A stretch of 64,000 nucleotides of DNA from contig JAZRDQ010000008.1 of assembly GCA_045660365.1 (NCBI GenBank), forward strand, positions 72,506 to 136,505, written 5' to 3'. Shown here piece after piece: positions 18,611 through 27,600 of the stretch. How positions within the stretch are numbered: the first letter of the stretch is position 1; each line of letters begins with the position of its first letter. This DNA comes from Bacteroidaceae bacterium. Lineage in GTDB: Bacteria > Bacteroidota > Bacteroidia > Bacteroidales > Bacteroidaceae. The notes beneath the pieces were generated by a model. The model had not been told where the DNA came from, did no database searches, and saw nothing but the letters and a program-made list of their open reading frames with translations. A program made the translations under genes and the position numbers.

Positions 18611-21600
18611 ATGAATATATCCACAAATAGAAAACAGAAAACTTTGTTGGCAAGGGTACTCCGTCCACTCCTGCTTACACTGTCTGTTGTATGCAGCATG
18701 CCATTGCAGGCGCTCGTAATTAAAGGTGATGTGTATGGTGGCGGAAAGGAAGGTATGGTAGGTGTAGAAGGTACTCCTGCTCAGACCGATGTGGATATTA
18801 ATAGTGGAGAAGTTCGCACAGTATTTGGTGGCGGACAGGACGGAAAAGTGTATGGAACTACATCTGTAGATGTAACTGGTGGAACTATTGGTGCAGAAAA
18901 GTTTAATGGTTCCTTATATGGAGGTGTATATGGTGGTGGCGAAGGTGCTGAAGCTACAGTATTTGGTACTGCAAATGTAAATATGACAGCTGGCACTGTT
19001 GTGAATAATATATATGGCGGTGGTAAGATGGCTGCTTTACAGGGTAATACCAATGTTAAGATTTCTGGCGGTACAGTATCAGGATCTGTGTTTGGTGGTG
19101 CATGTATGGCAGATATTCAGGGCAGAACATACGTATGGATTAATGGTGGTGCTGATGCACTGAACATCGGCGCTGTTTATGGCGGTAACGATATATCTGG
19201 TAATGTATCATCCTATCTTTCAGTTGTGACCAACCCATATACTATACCTGTTGCAGCTATAGCAAATGATGACAACTGGAAAAACTGGAATGCCTTTGTA
19301 AGGGTAACCAAAGGGGCAGGAGAAGTAAATATAGGTTCATTGTATGGCGGCGGTAATGGTGATTATGGTTATGTTGGCACTGAAGGTAACTATTCCATTA
19401 CCTTGAAGGATTTTGCTCCGAATGGCACTGAAACAACAAGAATTCTTACAGTATCAAACAGACCAACATTGGGCAGAGTGCTTGTAGATGTTACAGGTGG
19501 AACATTCAATGCTATATATGGTGGCGGTAATAATGCAACAGTAACATTTTCTACCGATATATATCTTAATGGTGCAAATCTGACTGCAACAAATGTATTT
19601 GGTGGTAACAATAAGGCTGTAATGGCTATTCGCCCTACATGGCACCTGCATGATGCTACTATCACAAACCTCTATTCCGGAGGTAACCGTGGTGATATGA
19701 CCAGCCCGTCAGGTTTGTTACTTGCCATAGAGAGTGCATATCTGACCATAGAAAATGTGTATGGTGGTTGCCGTATGGCAAACGTATCTCCAACTGCTAC
19801 TCCAGGTGCAGAAACATATACAGCAACTGGCGGTAAATCTATCAGCTTCGATGGTGGATATGCAGCCCGCGTCTATATAGGTGGCGGTAAGGTTAAGAAC
19901 GTTTATGGTGGTAATGATATATCCGGTAAGGTGAATTATGGTGCAAACGTAGAGATATACAGTTCAATATCCGGCAGTATATATGGTGCGGGTAATGGTG
20001 CTTATCTTTATACTGACAACCCGGCCAATTCTTCATCTGATTTGTATTATATAAAAGGTGGAAATTCAGTTGCAGCACTATATGATTATCGTCCTCAGGT
20101 GGAAAAGACACTGTTGCATATTGCAGGTCCGGTAAATGATGATGGCACTCCAACTGAAAATCCGTTATATGTAGCAGGAAATGTGTTCTGTGGTGGTAAC
20201 TCAGCTCCACTAAAATCGGATGATACAAACGCAACCACTCAGTTCCGTATAGGTAAGAATGTTGTCATCAATGGTGTCTTCTTAGGTAGTAATGGAGAAC
20301 AGATGGTAGATCCTGAAGTTCTTAAATACTATGCTGATAATGCAAACTCTTCTATTGATTTGACTGATTCAGACCAGATGAAAGGTTATATGGATGGTGT
20401 ATCTGTCAACCTTAAACCATCTTTCTCCGTAGATTGGAAAGAGGAATTAACTCCGGACCAGACAGGAACATATATCGGTTCGCTCTATTTAGGCGGTAAT
20501 GTTGGTAGTTTAACTGCAACAGAGCAGATAGATGTAACTATTCCATCTTCAATCACCATTTATGAAAAGATAGTAGGTGGATCCAACAATGCTATTGTTG
20601 CTGCGAATAGTGGAATTAATGCGGAATATGTAGGTGGTGTAACAGAAACATCTTCTGGTGACTACAAACTGAAGATGACTGTTGCCAGCAGAATGGAACC
20701 TAAAACTCTGAATGCAACACTGGATGGTGAAGGTTATGTAACATCAGCATCGCTTGTCTGGAAAAAGTCAGCACCATCTGGTCTGGCGGAAGAAATTATT
20801 TCTGGTGCTAACATTTATGGTGGTTGTTATCAGAGTGGTGTAGTGAATGGTAATGTAATAATTGATGTAACTGATAATCTTATATCACAGAATATTATCT
20901 CTAAAAATCTCCATAAATATAATAGTGGTAGTACTGCGATAGGTGAATATGTATTTACCAATGCTATTTCTGTATTTGGTGGCGGTTATGGTGCAAACTC
21001 TACTATTAATGGTAACACTACCATCAACCTGAAAGAAAATGCTCAGGTGCTGAAGGTATTTGGAGGTGGTGAATTAGGTGCTGTAACAGGTAATACTTCT
21101 ATTAATCTGGATAAGAACCTGAAACAGCCTGCGGAAGGATTTTATAATGCATTTAAGGTGTATGGTGGTGGCTTGCAGGGTAATGTAGGCGGAACAGCAT
21201 CTGTTAATGTGCAGGGCGGTAAGTTCTTCGATGTATTCGGTGGCAGCTGTTTTGCTGATATTACCGGAACAGCAAAGGTTGTTATTGGTTCAGCAGAATC
21301 AGTGGGCAGCCAGACCCCATTGCTTATTGCTAACAACGTGTATGGAGCTAACGACTTTGGTGGAACAATTGGCGGTTCTGTAAGTTTTGGTCAATTAGCT
21401 TATGGTGGTAAATATGTGATGGCTCAGACAATGGTTCAGTACATATCGGGCGTTATTAATGGTAATATCTTTGGTGGCGCTAATGGTGCTTACGATTACG
21501 CATGGCAGTTCAGTAAAATCAATATGGAGGGAAAATATCCATTGTTGAATAAAGAGATAACTGAAAATAATGCATCATTTATAACCTCTAACACATTTGT

Positions 21601-24600
21601 TCATATAGCATCGCCTTCTACAAAAACAGATCAGATAAAAGGTGCTGTATATGGTGGCGGACAGGGATTCAGTGGTGCAACCGGTATAGTTGATGTAAAA
21701 GATACATACGTTCATCTGGCTGCTACAGGTACATATCAGGATCGTGTAACAAATGGTGCTGGCCCTTTGGTAAATAAGGTGTTTGGCGGAGCATACTATT
21801 CATACGTAGAGAAAACAACGGTTGATGCTGCAAGCGGATACTACAATGAGATATATGGAGGTACATTCGGCGCTACTCACAATGGCCTGCCAGTTGGTAT
21901 ATCCTATGACTGCGGAACTACAAATGTGAACATTTATGGTATGAATAATGCCAGTCTGAATGTTTATGGTGCAGGTGCAAAATCGGGTGCAACAACTACC
22001 AATGTTAAACTGTATGCGGGTAATATAGGTTATGCATACGGCGGATCTTTTGCTGAAGGTTATTGTGGTACAACAAATGTAACTATACCTGCAGGTTCTA
22101 CCATTACCGCAAAAGCTGTCTATGGAGGAAGTGTGGGCTCTGATGCTGGTTTGCCTTGTGATGTTGGACAATCTAATCTGACATTTGCATCAAATACTGC
22201 CTATATAACAGGCGAAGGCCTGTTTGGAGGTAACAAGAGCTATCGTGCTACACATAAAACCAATGTCAATATAACATCTCCTGTTCAGATAATGGCAGGT
22301 GAATATGCAAATGTATATGGTTCCGGACACGGTGAAAACACCATTACAGGTTTTGCAAAGGTTACACTATCAGATGGCGCACAGGTGGCTAATGTATATG
22401 GTGGCGCACTGGATGGTACTGTAAGATATGCATACGATGATAAATCGGGTGCACCAACATATTATGCAACTAATTTTGCTAAGTATGCGCACTGGGAATA
22501 TGAAGATCCTAAAACCGAATTGGAAAACAGAAATACCCGTATTATAATAGAAGAAGGTGCTACCGTTCAGGAGAATGTATTTGGCGGTGGCTATGGTGCT
22601 ACTGCTACGGTACATGGAGCAACAAGTGTAAGCCTTTTAGGAGGTATAGTAGAGGGCGATATTTATGGTGGTGGCTCTATGGGTAACATGGAACTGCTTG
22701 ACAAAGATAATGATGCAGGTAATAATATTCTCTCTATACTGGAAATATATGGTGGTAAGGTACGCCGAGTATTTGGTGGTGGCTTAGAAGGATATATAGA
22801 AGGTGAAACAGATGTACAGATAGGATTGCGCCAACAGGTTGAAGGCGGTAAGATTACCGACAAGGTGTATGCTTTGAATTCTAATAATTTAGTTGAAGCA
22901 GATATCGATTGGGGAAAACCTGCAGTTCTTCGTTCAGCGTATGGTGGTGGTGAACGCGGTAAAGTAACCAATACCAATATTACCATGAATAACGGTTATG
23001 TAGGTTACGATTACGATTATAAAACAGAAAAATATTTTCCGAACGTAAAACTACACAGTCAGGACGATCTGAATCTGCTTGCCAATAATGGTAACCTTTA
23101 TGGTGGTGGCTTTGGTGACGAGGCCTGGACAGTGAACACTCAGGTAACAATGTATGGTGGAAAAATCCGTCACTCACTTTATGGTGGTGGTGAAATAGCT
23201 TCGGTAGGTTTTGCCCCTATGAAGGTAGATGACGGAGTAGTTAAAGAGGTAGATTGGACTAGAACTGGAGAGATTACAGAAGGTAGTACTAAGGTAACAA
23301 TGTATGGCGGTACAGTAGAACGTGATGTATTTGGTGGTGGCCGTGGATTCAGTTATACACTGGCAGGTGCGTTAGAGGTTGAAAACGTATTCTATTCAAG
23401 TGGTTTTGTGTTTGGTAAGACCGAGGTCTATCTGCATCGCGGAACAGTTGGAACCGATGAAACTCTTAAAGACGAAGCAGGAAACGTATTTGGTGGCGGT
23501 AATATTGGTTATGTCTATTCTGTTAAGGGTAAAAAGAATGGTTACTCTCAGCAATTTACCACAGGACACTATTATGATAGAGAAGGAAAATATACAGAAG
23601 ACTGTAAGGTTCTTATCACTCCGGTAACAGTAGCTTTGGAGGATATAACAATAGGATCCAAATCATATAAAGCAGGCGATTTTGTTCCATGTTCCGATTT
23701 GAATACGCTCTATGCTAACGACTCAAGATGGAAGCAGATGGATGAACAGGGTGTTACAGTACGTAATGCAGTCTTTGCCGGTGGTAATGTAATTCAGGGT
23801 ACCGATATTATGACTGCCGATGTAAAGACCGTATTTGGTAATGTAACAGCATCAGTAGTGGATGTATTTGATTGCGATATGGTATCTGTAAGTACCGATA
23901 ATATCGGTGGTTTCTATGGAGATGGTAACTTAAGTCTTGTAGATGGTTACAGAGAACTGAATATAACTAACTATGGCACTGACTATCATAATCTTACACA
24001 TGAAATTACATACGATGATTACCAGAAAATGCATGCAAGAAAGAAAGCATATTATGAACTGAAATATCTATGTCTGGAAGCTCATGATTATAAAGATAAG
24101 AACAATAAAACACACTACTATGTAGAGGGTGATCAGATATCCGGTTCTGTATGGGGCAGCATGCCTGCAGAAGAACAGGCAAAGTGGAAACTTGCAGGTC
24201 TGGCAACACTATACGCAGGCAGAATGATTAACACCATACAGCGTGCCGATTTCTGTGGTGTTGTGGGTAGCAGAGTGGTGTTAAAGGGTGCACGTGATCG
24301 TGAAACAACTACTGCCGACTTTACCATGTACACCATTAACCGTCTGGATGAACTTTCACTGAATGAAGTTAAAACATATCCTATAGCCGGTTATAACCCT
24401 GATGGAACAAAAGACCATGGTTGTTACTTTGGTATATACAATGTGGTGAACTATTTAGGAGCAGTATCTTCCAACCTTAATTATTATACTGATGTTCGTA
24501 AAACACACAGTACAGAAGATATTTATAAGCCAGATCCAGAGAACCAGGATGAAACTTATTATGAATATAAGATGCGTCAGGCAGGAACAAAATTCCGTAA

Positions 24601-27600
24601 TAATGGTGAAAGTTCAAATATAATTGCACTTGCAGGTGGTGTATGGCTTGAAGTTGTAAGATCAATAAATGAACAGACAGGCAAAAAGGATTATGGACCT
24701 ATTACAGGTGTTATCCAGCTTGATCTTATAAATGTAGCACCTGGCGAGGGTGGTGGATATGTGTATGCCAAGAATATCCACGGAAAAAGAACACCTTCCG
24801 GTGAAGTGAACGTTACATTGGCCGAATCCAACAAAGATGCGGTATCGTACAAACTACATAAATATTCAGATGATCAGACTGAGCCATATGCATCATCCGG
24901 TAACTTTGTACATAGCCAGAAGCAGATTGTAGATGATTGCTATCCAAATAACGGCGATAAGAGTTCGCCTGCACACTATTGGTATGTACGTGGCGATTTC
25001 TACGTATATAACCAGACAATCTCTGCATATACCGGTACACCGCAGGCATATTCAGAGGATGTATCAATTCCTTTAACTATCACAGCAGGTGCAAATGGCA
25101 GACTGGAATTACTTGATATCTCCAAAAACTACTATGCATACTATACCGGATTGAATTATGGAGGCAGAGAACTGACTGCAGACGATTCTGTAAGAATTGG
25201 CGGACAGTATTACCATACCAACGATCCTATCAGCAGCTGGGATTATGAAAGACTTGCTACTCCTGAACAGGCCTTCTTTGTAGAGGAGACTTACGTATGT
25301 ATAGACGATGTGGTAAATATTGATGGGGAAGCAAAAGATTCTGAAGGCAGAGATCTGGGTGCGCTTGCGCTTGCATACAGGAAAGGCGATGTAATACTTC
25401 CGGCTAAGTTACAGGAACTGAAGGATTCAACTGTCAGGATTAAGATTCATGATCCGAATGCAAATACTGCCGATGCAACCCAGCTGGTTCCAGTATCCTA
25501 TTTCTTCCATCCAACAAACAATATGAGTAAGGATGAAGGATTCCTGCTTACATTCAAAATTAATAACCCTGCAGTATGGAATGATTACTATACACAGGCA
25601 TCGGGTGCTCCAAACCAGATTAGCTTAGCAACATATAATGATGGTAAAACCAATAAGGAACTATATGTGTCAGGTCCGTCGTTCTTGAATACAACAGGTG
25701 GTATATATGGACAATATACATATAATGCCGGCGATATTATAGATGATGAAGTATATAATGAACAGCAGAATTTGCTGAAGGATGCTACGGATAAGGGAGT
25801 GGCATCTCCAACCGGACAGGCTGTATTTGAAATAGCATACGTGGCAACAGAAAATGTACATGTTAATACCTCCAATGGCAATGGTGGTGAAACAGATATG
25901 TATATTACTGAAGGTAACGTAATTTCAAAAACAGATTATGATAGAGCCAGCAATGAAAAGATACGAAGGCATTTTGAAAAGGCAGTATTGTGTACACAAA
26001 CATTCGAATTTGCTCCGGAAGAGTGGTACTATTATGGTGATATATTGCAGCAGTCTGAATTTGATAAGCTGAATGCATCTGATAAAAAGAATTTCTCTGT
26101 CAATACATGGCTCTGTACCGCTACAGGTAATTTTGGTGGTCACCTGTTTATAGTGCAGAACAGTTATGATGCACTGCAATATGCGGGAGTCCAGCCGGAT
26201 GAGCGTAAGAATTTCTCTTTTAATAAAGATGCTCTGGATTTGTTGAGTACCAATTTCTCAAAAGATCTGCATGGATACGATCCGTCTGCAAATTATGATC
26301 CTAATACAGAAAACGATGGCTATCGTTACAGCAATCCTACAAGAGTTGATTATACAGCGGTTTATAATGGTACAGGTCTGGGTGTTTCCGGTCTGGGAAT
26401 ATCAGATATAGATGGCAACCCATTGGAAGTAATCAGTAAAGGCACAAAACTGAACAATGTGAATTATGAAAAGCTTCCGAATGAGAAGATGAACTTTGCT
26501 CTGGTAAATGTAACCGATGAACATCTGCGTGTTGATAACAATGCAGAGCCACCTAAAGCAAAGAATACATTCTATGTGGTTAAGAAGACATTTAAGGTTG
26601 GCGATGTTTATTATGCAAGGGGCAGAGTGCTTACCGACACAGAATTTACTAAATTACCGGTTGATGATAATGTGAGGAATAATAATGTAATGCATTATAC
26701 ATTCAATTCACAAGGAACTTATTATGTATGTCTGAATGATTTCAGCAACCAGCAGAAACTAATAAAGATTAATCCTGAGAGTGATGGTTCATATAATAGT
26801 GCAAACAATAATAATAAAGCTGATGTTGCTGCAGGAACCATAAAAGAAGGAACTGTTATTACAACCACTTCGTACGCAGAGAACGTAGTGAATATGCAGA
26901 CTAACTTCTCTGTTCAGGGAACTATGCCTACAGAAACATCAACGCTGTATGTTCCAAGAAGTGCCGATGTAAGAGACCTGTCGGAAGATAAGATAGTAAC
27001 AGTTGTATATAAGTATTCTTATCTGGAGAGCGATCTGGCAGGTAACAACTTTGAAGAGATAGTAGAACGTCATATTGTAAATATCAGGGTACACTTTGAG
27101 AGTGGTGTGCCTAAGATTGGCGATCTGCAGACTCCTCAGACAGTATTGCCTGGCGAAGTACTTGGTATGAACACACCTCCTGTAACACCTGGTGCTTACG
27201 AAATTATGGGTGGTGGATTTGAGATCTTTGCTAACGAACAGGATGCATTTGCTCATAAGAATGGTGTTGCATATCAGCAGGGACGTGCTCCACTATACTG
27301 GTATCAGAATGAATACTGGATAGCATACTATGCAAAGACATACTTAGGTAAAACTTATTCAAATCCGGTAAGATTATCCGTTGCCAACTATCATAGACTG
27401 AAAGATGTACTTGAACATCCGGAATATATGTATGTGGATTCTATAACTGATACATATTCAAATAAACCTGCAATGTTGCGTAATCCAAAGATTTACATAA
27501 ATAATGATGTGTTTACAGCAAAAGTAGGTGATGAGGAGAAACAATTTAATGAGTTTGACTACCTGATTAAGTTGTATAATGAACATTTGCATATTGGAAA

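Noticed and set aside
18781-22986. Several Pro-rich antisense ORFs inside the giant gene (for example 18781-19053, 19390-19665, 21142-21336, 22663-22986) with PPPY-like repeats
   Set aside because: They are reverse-complement images of the GGT/GGC-rich YGGG repeats on the coding strand, so they are not independent genes.
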